DNA of 64,000 nucleotides from Eledone cirrhosa. Lineage: Eukaryota. The notes below the pieces were generated by a model. That model worked only from the letters and a program-made list of their open reading frames with translations. It made no database searches and was not told where the DNA came from. The DNA is taken from the NCBI GenBank assembly GCA_964016885.1, contig OZ024743.1, forward strand, positions 103,354,001 through 103,418,000. The letters run 5' to 3'. Position numbers and translations under genes: made by a program. Below, piece by piece: positions 26,919 to 38,627 of the stretch (position 1 is the stretch's first letter; each line of letters opens with the position of its first letter).

Positions 26919-27460
26919 TGGCGTCTAAACTGGCAACCCCACCAAGGTTTTTTGGTGAGGAGGGTGACTTTGGACATCCTGCAGGACTAAAAACAAAACC
27001 TGTCAAAGGGCAAAGGAGCTCTTAAGAGTCAATGGCCATCCAAAATCACCGGGAGAGATGACCCCTTAGCCTTTGTCAAGGCAGAATTCTAGGAGAAGGA
27101 AAACTCTGATATAACACCTGTAACCCTGATAGTATCCAATAATGTTGATTTGTTCTTCTTTTTGGTAAATATCATCTTGGTTAAGAGAGTGGGACTGGCT
27201 TTGTGCAGTGCCTTTGCTCACTATAAAAGCTTCACGGCACAGGCATTGCTTTATATCTGGAGATTTCTCTGCCATTGTCGTCACATGGTACCATGGGCCC
27301 AGCACTATGTGTCAATAATTGTCACAATTGTAGTGTTTGTACCAGAGTTTTCAAGTCGCTGGCTGGACTAAAGAGTCACACTCGTTTAGCGCATCAGTAG
27401 GGGTTCTCCTACATGGATATAAAGTAGTGGCCGTACTCGAAAACGAGTTGGCAGCCACCA
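26919..27460 (+). mobile_element. Bipartite RTE-derived non-autonomous element, longer copy
   Basis: High-identity tandem copy of 26390-26843 with about 90 extra 5' bases. Confidence 0.8.
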
Positions 27461-27470
27461 TATATATGTA

Positions 27471-27620
<150 letters not shown>

Positions 27621-27653
27621 TACATACATATATATATATATATATAAATATTT

Positions 27654-27690
<37 letters not shown>

Positions 27691-27777
27691 CTTACATATA
27701 TATATATATACATATATATACATACAAAATTTTGTAAAAAGGAATAATTGATACAATATACCTATTTTTTTCTTTCG

Positions 27778-27876
27778 TCCCGACTGTACAGTTTCGCTGG
27801 TCACTATGCAAGAATGTTATATCATAGATATATAACATTGTTGTGAGGTAAGCCAGCTTATCAAGGGAGCACCTCA
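27778..27876 (-). ncRNA. Type I hammerhead variant (U3-A8 core, enlarged helix II), second diverged copy
   Basis: TCCC-TTGATAA-GCTGG...CCAGC-GAAA-CTGTACAG-TC-GGGA. Confidence 0.8.
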
Positions 27877-28091
27877 GGGAAGAGCCCTAACTACATACGT
27901 CCGTAGCATGCGAGAAAATCTCAGAAAGGCGGAGGGAGACTCTATCACGTGATACACCGGTCAAGAAAGGGGATTAATCCCTTGTAGCAGTGAAAATATC
28001 TCAGAAGGCGGAGGGAGATATTGATATGATACATAGGCTACAGAGGGGTACATTTCAAAGTTATTCAAAGTTATATATATCCACACACACA

Positions 28092-28204
<113 letters not shown>

Positions 28205-28227
28205 GTATATATATATATATACACATA

Positions 28228-28293
<66 letters not shown>

Positions 28294-28299
28294 CACATA

Positions 28300-28365
<66 letters not shown>

Positions 28366-28402
28366 TATATATATATGGAGGAGGTTATAGTTCACTTGAA
28401 GC

Positions 28403-28439
<37 letters not shown>

Positions 28440-29036
28440 TGTATATATATATATATTGGAAAATGTGTGAGTTCCTTGGTACAATTAGGTGTATGTGAAA
28501 AAAAGGAAAAGAATGACTTCGAGGTTGACTTTGCCTTTCATCCTTACAGGGTCGATAAAATAAAGTACCAGTAATGCACTGGGTAATTGCTGGCCTTGTG
28601 CCTAAAGTAGAAACAATTATCATGAGTTGGTAGATCCAGTAAGTCCTTTGTTAACTTCGGTGGGAAGAATTTTAGAGATTCTTGGTTAACTTGGGTTGGA
28701 GAACTTTCTCGCATTCTTCTGTATGTGGCGATTGTCAAACTGAGATCAGGTTGTGTGAAATGTGTGACTATATATAAGAGAGATATTTTGATGTGTCTGG
28801 GGTGTGGCCTGTGGTGTTAATGAGTGTTGGTGTCCCAAGGCTCTGATACCATCAACACTATACACACAGAGCTGGCATATCTAAGAACTGAATAACTGCC
28901 TGTTGAGGTCATATCCATTCAATGGCTATCATCGAAATATGCTATCATCGAAATATATTTAGCAGTAAATAAAAGATTATGAGTTCATGCAATTGACTTA
29001 TGTTTCGTCTCTATATATATATATACATACATACAT

Positions 29037-29199
29037 AAAGTAAGGTCTCCTTCCGATATTGCAACTTCCGATATTGCAACTTTTCCGTTAAAATTCTGTG
29101 GATGGTGCTTCGGGAAACCTCAGGAACCAAAATGCAGAGAGCATCCAGAGTGATCCGCCGATCTTTAAGCCTGTTTTCCTCAGAAGGAGACCTTACTTT
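29037..29199. mobile_element. Small MITE-like element
   Basis: 17-bp perfect inverted repeats AAAGTAAGGTCTCCTTC / GAAGGAGACCTTACTTT; no TSD recognised. Confidence 0.6.
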
Positions 29200-29291
29200 T
29201 GGGAATGCCCTCGTATATAATAACTGCGCGAAATTCGCACTTGGCGGTAGCGTTCAACGGGAGCTCCATTCTCAACGGCTGCCAAGCTGTA

Positions 29292-29748
29292 TATTGTATA
29301 TTTAACAATATACAGCATGTTTATTTAAAAACATTTTGGAAGCCTTTTGCTAGGATTTTAAGGTAATGACCAACGTCACATACCTAGCTTCAGCAAAGGT
29401 GGCGAGGGGAGGGAGTAATTGTCGATGCAACCGTTTTTCACTTATTAGTGGTTATCATGACTACATGCTCGTCTGCCTTTGCTGAAGCTAAGCTGGATTC
29501 TTATAGAATTCCACTTATGTTTATGATCTATTAAAACACAGTTGCATACGGAGCGGTAGCCTGCCCAGCATCAATTAAAAATTGATATTGGTGCTTCAAA
29601 ATAGCGATAGACCGTGGCATCGTCAATTACTTGTCCCTGCCTTTGCTGAAGCTAGGTACGTGACGTTCGTCATTAGTTTAACATTGAAAGCGAATGGCCT
29701 TCAAAATGTTTTAAAATAAACATAACGTATATTGTTAAATATACAATA
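29292..29748. mobile_element. Fold-back/MITE-like element with about 140-bp imperfect inverted arms
   Basis: TATTGTATATTTAACAATATAC / GTATATTGTTAAATATACAATA and inner ACCTAGCTTCAGCAAAGG / CCTTTGCTGAAGCTAGGT. Confidence 0.75.
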
Positions 29749-29768
29749 AGTACATTCATATGACTATC

Positions 29769-29839
<71 letters not shown>

Positions 29840-29844
<5 letters not shown>

Positions 29845-30080
29845 GTATATATATATATACATATATACGTCAATACTCATCTTATATATATATATATATA
29901 TATATATTTATGTATATATATATATACATATATACGTCAATACTCATCTTATATATATATATATATATATATATTTATGTATATATATATATATACATAT
30001 ATACGTCAATACTCATCTTATATATATATATATATATTTATGTATATATATATATACATATGTACGTCAATACTCATCTT
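29840..30080. repeat. Minisatellite, 4 units built around TACGTCAATACTCATCTT plus variable (TA)n
   Basis: The core motif recurs four times at roughly 60-70 bp spacing. Confidence 0.9.
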
Positions 30081-30444
30081 TTTTCCATTTCTCCGAGGGT
30101 CCTTAACCCCACTATCAGGCTAAATAATTTCTTTAATTTCTTTAGTCAAATTAAGGCGATAGCTTACATTTCTAATAATTTCAAACCCACTCGCTGTTTC
30201 GAAAATATTCTTACTTGATATATATATATATATACACACAAATGGAAGTTCAGCATAATCGAAGCTCTGGCTGCAACTAAGCTAACGAATGCAATCGGAA
30301 TGTGCAGCTAAACACTCAGTAAGGTATTTTACCTTATGGTAACATTACGTTTAGACAGCTTTGCAAATTGAGGATTGCAACCGGCAAGCCAGCCGCAGGG
30401 ACCAAAGCAACGAGAAAGCCGACTCAGGATAATATATATATATT

Positions 30445-33070
30445 TTTTTCTCTTTTACTCTTTTACCTGTTCCAGCCATCCGGCTGAGGCCATGCTAGGG
30501 CACCGCCCTTGTTGCTACACGTTCTACTTCCAGCCTGTGTTGCCTGGCCATTGGTGTAAGAGGGAGTTCGTTGCTGCTGCCCTTAGGTTACCTTCGTACC
30601 GGGCAGATCTCTAAAATTTCTTGGCAGGTTGTTGAAGAGTTGGGGGCCTTTGAACCCCAGGCAATTGCAATATCTGCTCCTTATTCTCGATGTGAAAGAC
30701 GGGACCTTTGGCACCACACAGTGACGTCCTGTTCGACGGTTGGTCCAGCTCTATATGCCAAAGTTTGGTGCTAGTCCCTCCAGGATTTTCCATGTGTATA
30801 TCACTGCGTATCTCTCCCGTCTTCGATCCAAGGAGTAGAGTTTCACTTCTTTTAGCCTCTCCCAGTAGCTCATTTCCTTTATCGTGGCAATCCTCTTGAT
30901 GTAGCTGAGTTGGATTGCCTCAAGCTCCGTGGTTAGTTTGATACTATGGGGTGACACAGTTGGGAACAGTAGTCCAGTCGTCTTAGGACAAATATCCTCC
31001 ATAGTTTCAATGTGGTTGCTCTGTCGCTTTTCCTAAAAATCCTCAGATCCAGCCAGCGTGTGGTCTGCACATTGTGTCGTACTGTATTTGTGTTTGCAGG
31101 TTTGTATTGTAGGGCTTGAAATTTGCCAACATTAAACTGCATGTTGTTATCCTCTGCTCGTTTGTATATGACATCCAAATCTTCTTGTAAAAGGGCAGCA
31201 TCAGCCAGGTTCTTGATTTCCTGTGCTACCTTTGTGTCATCAGCATAGTTAGTGGGGATGTTGTATGTACTACAGAGGGTATGTCTGAGAGCCACCAAAA
31301 ACAGTAGTGGTCCCAAGACTGTGCCCTGAGGCACCCCACTTGTATTTGATGTTTCCTCTGTCTAGTTTCTGTCTTTTAAGAAATCATGCAGCCACTTACC
31401 TACTTTTGCAGTTTAGCCAAGTCTGTGTAGTTTGTGACATATTCCGTGGTCGACCTTGTCAAATGCCTTCTCAAAGTGAAGATATATCACTTACACATGT
31501 GAGCTGTCCAGAAGTTGTTTCAATACCCAATCATAGTGTTGTAACATCTGTGTAAGACAGCTTCTTCCTAGGCGAAATCCATGCTGCATGCTAGTTAGAC
31601 GGTTATTTTCTTCGAGGAACATGATCGGTTTCTTTCTGATAGGGAATATTGTGCCTTCTTTTAGCTCTCTGGATAGTTTACCGCTAGCCAAAGAACTTCT
31701 GAACAGGATCTTCAGTGGTTTTGCTAAGACAGGCTTACATGTTTTGGGAGGACTGCTGGGAATCCTTCAGGTCCAGCAGTTGAGTTTGTTCTAATTTCTT
31801 CTATGGCAGATATCACATCTTCCTCTGTTATGCCTATGTGGTTGATGGTCGCCATTTCTTCGTGGAGTTTTGTGGCATCGAATAAATCCTCTGGCTTTGA
31901 TATTTGCCTGTGCCTCGATGGGGGTGTGAATACAATTTTGGCCTGTTCATTCAGTATTTCACTTATCACTTGGGCATCCTCTGTTAATGAACCATTTTTA
32001 TGGAAGAGTGGCCCAATTAGGCAGTGTACCGAGACAGTTTCTTTTGCAAATTTAAAGAAGATCTTAGTGTTGGTTTTAATATTTTCTATGGCCCTGGGTT
32101 CTCTCTCTGCCCTCTGCCCTCTCCTTCTCGTAGGAAAGTTTGACTGCAGTTTCAATTTCAAGTAGTGCCTGATTCAGATAGGTTTCCTTCTTGTTATTTT
32201 TTTTGTGCAATTAACTGGTTTGAGAGCTTAGTTCTTCGTCTCATAAGTATTTTTCTGTCTCTGGGAATAAGATTTTTGTGTCCGTTGGCCTTTTTCTCCG
32301 GTACAAACTTATGGCATATAGTTTGTATTGTTGTCATGGAATGTTGAAAATGTGTGTTGGTGTCTTGTGTGATGATGTTGCTCCAGTTTTGCTTCAGGAT
32401 CTCTTCCTTTATCTTTTTCCAGTTAGCTTTATGAAAGTTTAGGCTGGATAAATTCCTGCTGCTTCTTAATGGTTGTCTCTGCTGACTCTCTCGGGCCATA
32501 TATCATTAGTTCTAAGTTATGATGCGAGAAAATCGTTGGTGTCACCTTTACATCGTGGACGAGCTCTGTGTTATTTGTAAAGCAGAGATCCAGGACATTC
32601 TCGCCTCTTATTGGGAGGAATATTACTTGTTCCATGAAAAGGCTGTGTGTGAGGGCCAGCAGAGACTATGTCTGTCTCTGTCCGAGTGATGTCATTCCAG
32701 GGAGAAGGTGGTCCTAAGGCCATTTGACCTTTTGTAGGTTAAAGTCTCCCAGCAGCAGAATGTTGAGATCTTGGTGCAGTTTGTCAATGACTTATTCCAT
32801 CCTTCTGAGGCTATCTTCAAACTTACTTCCATGACTAGGAGCGTCTGGTGGCCATTATGGGACACATATTACCATTTTCAGTTACTTCATATGTATTATC
32901 AGTGTGTCACAGATTGAGTTGAAATATGTCAACAGTACAATGGGTGTGACATCCACGGATATACAGAGCAACCCCACCATGAGTTCTCTCATTTCTGTCC
33001 GAACGAAATGGAGTATACTTTGGTATATGTATTTCCGCATCTGCTATACTGCTTGTCAGGTGCGTTTCAG
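30445..33070 (-). mobile_element. Degenerate CR1-group LINE (endonuclease + RT)
   Basis: LLGDFN, ENVLDLCFTN, AGPEGFP, QHGFRLGRSCLTQML, PQGTVLGPLLFL, YADDTK; many frameshifts and deletions. Confidence 0.88.
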
Positions 33071-33207
33071 TTATGCCATACATATTGCTTGATTGCTTAT
33101 GGCTAAGTCTCTCAGGTAGGGAATGTTATATATTATGTATATTTATACGTATATATATATATGTGTGTGTGTATGTATGTGTGTGTGTGTGTGTATGTGT
33201 GTGTGGG

Positions 33208-33244
<37 letters not shown>

Positions 33245-33426
33245 CATATTCATCTGTATGTATAGATACTACCACTGCTTCTTGTTTTATTGCTTGTTGT
33301 GTGTGTGAGTGGGGGGGGGGCTATACGTCATAGTCGCTACAATGATAGCCAATCCCCTGGGAAAATGAAGAGGAGACAATCTTCTTGTGTGTGTATGGCT
33401 TAAACTTTAATCTGTTATTTTAATAA

Positions 33427-33478
<52 letters not shown>

Positions 33479-33682
33479 GAGTATATATATATATATGTAT
33501 ACGTACATACATATATGTATACGGACCTACAGTAGTATGTATATATATATACATACATGCACACATATATATATGTACGTATGGATTCACCGAACATTTA
33601 TTATAATGCTCGGTGTGTTTGTAAACAAACATCCCGAATTAAGCCATACAGTGTTGCACATTTGTTCAACCATGACAAAGGA

Positions 33683-33725
33683 ACGCTGTACTAGTTTCAA
33701 GCTTATTAGCTATCGTCAGCAACGT
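33683..33725 (-). ncRNA. Type I hammerhead ribozyme
   Basis: Same motif as 24636-24678; predicted cleavage after GUA between 33689 and 33688. Confidence 0.8.
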
Positions 33726-34112
33726 ATACCTTCCTGCCAGATGATTGAACGCCTGAAAGTATATACTTTCCTTATGCATATTAACGGCTGAGCAGCCTAA
33801 TTTGCACATCGAGTGAGTTAATCGGCCGGGGTACCGAAAACGATAAACGGAAAATATGAAACGAAATTTCATTTCTCACTCTTAGTACGGCTGTTACTTA
33901 AATATAAGTGTGTATACGTACATACATATATGTATACAGACGTACAGTAGTATGTATATATATACATACATGCACACATATATATATATGTACGTATGGA
34001 TTCACCGCACATTTATTATAATGCTCGGTGTGTTTGTAAAACAAACATGCCGAATTAAGCCGTACAGTGTCTAGCAACCATCGTTGCTCATTTGTTCAAC
34101 CCTGACAAAGGA

Positions 34113-34155
34113 ACGCTGTACTAGTTTCAAGCTTATTAGCTATCGTCAGCAAAGT
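34113..34155 (-). ncRNA. Type I hammerhead ribozyme
   Basis: Same core; one mismatch in distal helix I; predicted cleavage between 34119 and 34118. Confidence 0.78.
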
Positions 34156-34619
34156 ATACCTTCCTGCCAGATGATTGAACGGCTGAATGTATATACTTTC
34201 CTTATGCATATTAACGGCTGAGCAGCCTAATTTGCATATCGAGTGAGTTAATCGGCCGGGGTACCGAAAACGATAAACGGAAAAAATCAAACGAAATTTC
34301 ATTTCTCACTCTTAGTACGGTTGTTACTTAAATATAAGTATGTATACGTACATACATATATGTATACAGACATACAGTAGTATGTATATATATATATACA
34401 TACATGCACACATATATATATGTACGTATGGATTCACCGAACATTTATTATAATGCTCGGTGTGTTTGTAAACAAACATCCCGAATTAAGCCGTACAGTG
34501 TCTAGCAACCATCGTTGCTCATTTGTTCATCCCTGACATATATGTATGTACGTATACATACTTATATTTAAGTAACAGCCGTACTAGAGTGAGAAATGAA
34601 ATTTCGTTTCAATTATTCC

Positions 34620-34680
<61 letters not shown>

Positions 34681-34694
34681 TATGTATATATATG

Positions 34695-35045
34695 TAAAAA
34701 GTAAACAGAAATAACGACACAATCGGTACAGTATACGGAAGGGATATATTAGATTAACGCTTGACATAGCAGGAAGAGGGTCTTAATGTTTCGGACGCTA
34801 GTCCTTCATCAGAAGAAAGAATGAGAAATAAAATAGATTAACGAGACGGGCTGGATGCAATTGGAAAAACTGTCTTTAGATAAAAATAACAGGTCCATTC
34901 ATGTTGAATATCACTTGCAAAACTGTTGGTGGTGGCGTTTTGTGTATGATTTATTTTTTTAGAAAAGTGGATGATGGAGCGCGTCTACCTGAAATGGAAA
35001 AAAAAACGTTTTGTAAAAAGCGCTATACTTGAGCACGTGCGTCAG

Positions 35046-35133
<88 letters not shown>

Positions 35134-36304
35134 TCCATACGAAGCTAAGAAGAAATATGTGTGTATATCTGAGTAGAAGAGTGTGTGTGTATGTAAGTAC
35201 GAAGCTATGAGCGAAAGTATGTCAATATAAGTGTGTGTATGTGTGTATACAGAGCAGTGAAGGGAAAAGTGGAGTGAGCATATATCGTTGGCCTGTATTA
35301 GTTGTAAGAGAAGCTGCTAATGATCAAGAGAAAGCGATAGGAATCTAGGGGTGTGATAATGGACGGGGTATTAGAGAAATTGGGGAGGTGAGTTGAGTCC
35401 AAGCGGGGAATAAGACCCAAGGCGGTGATTCACACTTTGTTCAGTCCTGGTGCGCGAGGCCTGTGATCCATGTTTTAAAAGGACACCCAGGACTGAAACA
35501 TCTAGGGAAGAATGACCAGGCAAACAGAAATGACGGGCAACAGGAATATCCAAACCGAGTCGTATGTCCCTCAAATGTTCGGCAAAACGGTCCGCCATAC
35601 GGCGTCCCGTTTGTCCGATATATAAAGACCCACAAAGGAAACACCGGAGGGCATAGACAACGTGGGTGGATGTGCAGCTGAAGGAATAGCGGATACAGAA
35701 AGACCCGTTAGGGCCTGTAAGGGTGGTGAGGGTGGAAATAAAGGGACAAGTGTTGGAACGGGAACAAGGATGAGAGCCGGGTGTAGTCGTGGGAGAGGAC
35801 GAAAAGGAACTGCGAACCAGGAGGTCGCGGAGGTTGCGGGCGCGCTTAAACGTAGTAATGGGTGGGTTTGGAAAACAGCGAGAAGTGACGGGGTCAGAAT
35901 AGAGGATATGGAAGTAACGGAGGATATGTCACCGGAGTGGAAGGGTGATGGAGTGGTAGGTGAACGGGAAAGGAATACGGGTGTTGGGAGGGCGGGGTGA
36001 GGTGAGAGGGCTGTGGTGCGGTCTGTTTCACGGGCGCGGGTAAGAGAAGCTTGGATCAGGGTGGGAGGATATCCACGAAGGATGAACCAGGAACCCATGC
36101 AAAGGGAATGGGTTTCGAAATCGTCGTCCTGGCTACAGAGTCGACGAAGACGGAGGAATTGGGAATAGGGTATGGAGTGTTTGGTGCGGGTTGGATGGGA
36201 GGAGGTGAAGTCGATGAAAGATTGGGAGTCTGTTGGTTTAATGAATATGGAAGTAGAGAGGGTGTGGTGAGAGTGATTAATAGATAGAGAGATATCTAGA
36301 AAAG

Positions 36305-36306
<2 letters not shown>
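34695..36306 (-). mobile_element. 5'-truncated Neptune-like PLE (thumb + GIY-YIG + 3'UTR with HHR)
   Basis: AFLDI, KPTDS, IPYSQFLRLRRLCS, RGYPP, LYIGQTGRRMADRFAEHLRDI. Confidence 0.88.
34781..34816 (-). ncRNA. Minimal hammerhead ribozyme
   Basis: TCTT-CTGATGA-A-GGAC-tagc-GTCC-GAAA-ca-TT-AAGA; helices I and II perfect. Confidence 0.8.
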
Positions 36307-36368
<62 letters not shown>

Positions 36369-36644
36369 AAAAAAAGATGAAATCGAAAATGCAACTGGAG
36401 TCTTATTTTTTTTTTCAATATATATATTTATTTGGTTCCTTTACCGGTTTCGCAGTTCTTCTGCTTTTCAAAAGTAGAGTTGAGATGGAGGGTCTGTGGT
36501 TTATATATATATATATATATTACTCTGAGATTCTATACCTTGTCGAGTGCTTGGCTGCACTGCTGAAAGCATTCGTCGGCTTAGCTGAGGCTCTGGCTTC
36601 GAATATGCTGTACTTCCATTCGTATATATATATATAAAGAATGA

Positions 36645-36886
36645 TTAATAAAACAGGTAGAGAGATTAATAGATAGAGAGATGTTTAGAAAAGCGACAGA
36701 AGAATCGGAGACGGAGGCAGTGAAATTGAGAGCAGGATGGAAAGATTGGACAAAAGAAAGAAAACATTCGAGCTGTTCTAGTGATAGAGAGGTGGCGCCG
36801 ATACTATCGTCGATATAACGACTGTATAGCTCAGGAGTCGGTCCAGCGTACTGGGAGATCTGGGCTTCGACGTAGCCAACAAACAA
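36645..36886 (-). mobile_element. PLE RT fragment of the same family
   Basis: LFVGYVE...YSRYIDDSIG...FHPALNFT...VAFLNI; overlaps in sequence with 36275-36307. Confidence 0.8.
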
Positions 36887-37757
36887 AAGGTAATTTATTC
36901 CAGGTGTTTACAAATGTTTCATTAGTTGTTACACAACCTAGTCATGCTATATGCAGATTAGTAGTTATTAATTTGCAGATACTCAATTTTCAAATGCTGC
37001 TCGTACCACCAAATCTTCAGAATGAATGGTTGAATCATGATTTCATTATATTTCTTAAAGGGAATAATTAGGGAAGATGGAGTAGAAAAGGAAGAGAGAA
37101 AGAAAGGGAGAGGGAGTGACAGATATGTAGGGGTAGGAGAAATGTGATAGAGAGGTTTGAAGAATACAGATAGCTTAATCTAAATGCTGTGACAGGGGTT
37201 CAACAAGTGGTTTTATTATACTGCTTACTCTCAAAGTGACAACTTAGGCATTGTGTTGATATTATCAAGTTTGGAATTATTTATTGCTACAGAGAGCAGG
37301 TTAATAGATGTAGAAAAGGGGCGAGGTAGACAGAGAGCGAGAGAGAGAGAGAGAGAAAGAAAGAGGGAGAGAGAAAGAGAGAGAGAGAGGAGATAGAAAA
37401 AAAAGTTAAGAGAAGGGGAAGGAAAAGTGATATACACCGAGTTGATAGTTGTAGTTTGCTGATCGCACTTAAGTATCCATATATTACGATAAGCAATGTA
37501 CTGGTTAGTACTGTGTATGTGGGGGGGGGGGGGGGGGATATAGTTAGGAAGTAAGTAATGAGTTAAATTAGTTAGCGAGAAAGTGGTGTAATAGTCTCGA
37601 GTTCAAATTATGTTAAGTTACTTTTATAGTGAGAAAATTTAGCCTTCAGTTTGTGGCTGCAGTATAACGATCGTTCGATTCTGTCGTTTAGTAAGTTGTT
37701 TTTAGATTTCAAGATATAAAGAAGTTCAAGGTTGCATAATCTCTATATATATATTTA

Positions 37758-38020
37758 CAGTTGTCCCCCGTTATTCGCGGTGATTATGTTCCTAGGCCAC
37801 CCGCGAAGAGCGAAAAACCGCGAATATTGGGCGTAGTTAAGAAAAATCGTCAATACATAAAGTAAAATATGGGCTGGCAAATACAGTTTATTGTTTTTAA
37901 TAATTTAGCGTTAAAAAACGTGAAAAAATATATATTGCCAAGAAAAAAGCCATTAAAACATCACGGAAGATATTTATGATTCCGCGAATAACCGGGGCCG
38001 CGATTATCGGCGGTACACTA
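37758..38020. mobile_element. Tc1/mariner-pogo (Tigger-like) MITE
   Basis: TA|CAGTTGTCCCCCGTTATTCGCGG ... CCGCGATTATCGGCGGTACACT(A)|TA; repeated CCGCGAATA motifs. Confidence 0.7.
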
Positions 38021-38035
38021 TATATATATATATTG

Positions 38036-38450
38036 AGCATTTGAGGGTCATACGACTCGGTTTGGATACTCCTGTCGCCCGTCACTTCTATTCTCCTGGT
38101 CATTCTTCCCTACATGTTTCAGTCCTGGGTGTCCTTTTACATCATGGATCACAGGCCTCGCGCACCAGAACTGAACAAAGTCTAATTCACCGCCTTGGGT
38201 CTTATTTCCCTCTTGGTCTCAACTCACCTCCCCAATTTCTCTAATACCCCGTCCATTATCACACCCCTAGATTCCTATCGCTTTCTCTTGATCATTAGCA
38301 GCTTCTCTTACAACTAATACATGTCGACTATATATGCTCACTCTACTTTTCCTTTCACTGCTCTGTATACACACATACACACACTTATATTAAAATACTT
38401 TTGCTCATAGTTTCGTACTTACATGCACACACCCTGTTTTACTCACATAT
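38036..38450 (+). mobile_element. PLE 3' fragment, inverted relative to 35190-35580
   Basis: PVARHF...SQASRTRTEQS...LGLNSPPQFL* nearly identical to the 35371 ORF end. Confidence 0.88.
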
Positions 38451-38509
38451 ACACACACATATACACACACTATTTCGTTTTATAGACAACTGTATCATTA
38501 AAACCGTTG

Positions 38510-38579
<70 letters not shown>

Positions 38580-38594
38580 CACACACACACGCAC

Positions 38595-38627
<33 letters not shown>

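Larger units (their letters stand above)
33494..34624 (-). mobile_element. Retrozyme-like HHR tandem repeat, array B (about 2.4 units, period about 430 bp, plus inverted tail)
   Basis: HHRs at 33683-33725 and 34113-34155; about 34536-34624 is an inverted copy of about 34273-34362; (TA)n on both sides; no credible ORF. Confidence 0.8.

Noticed and set aside
26919-27070. Possible HDV-like ribozyme at the RTE-type 5' end
   Set aside because: Expected from family knowledge, but I could not build the nested double pseudoknot by eye.
29840-30080. Repeat-spacer-like pattern suggestive of CRISPR
   Set aside because: Spacers are just (TA)n variants, the context is eukaryotic and there are no cas genes.
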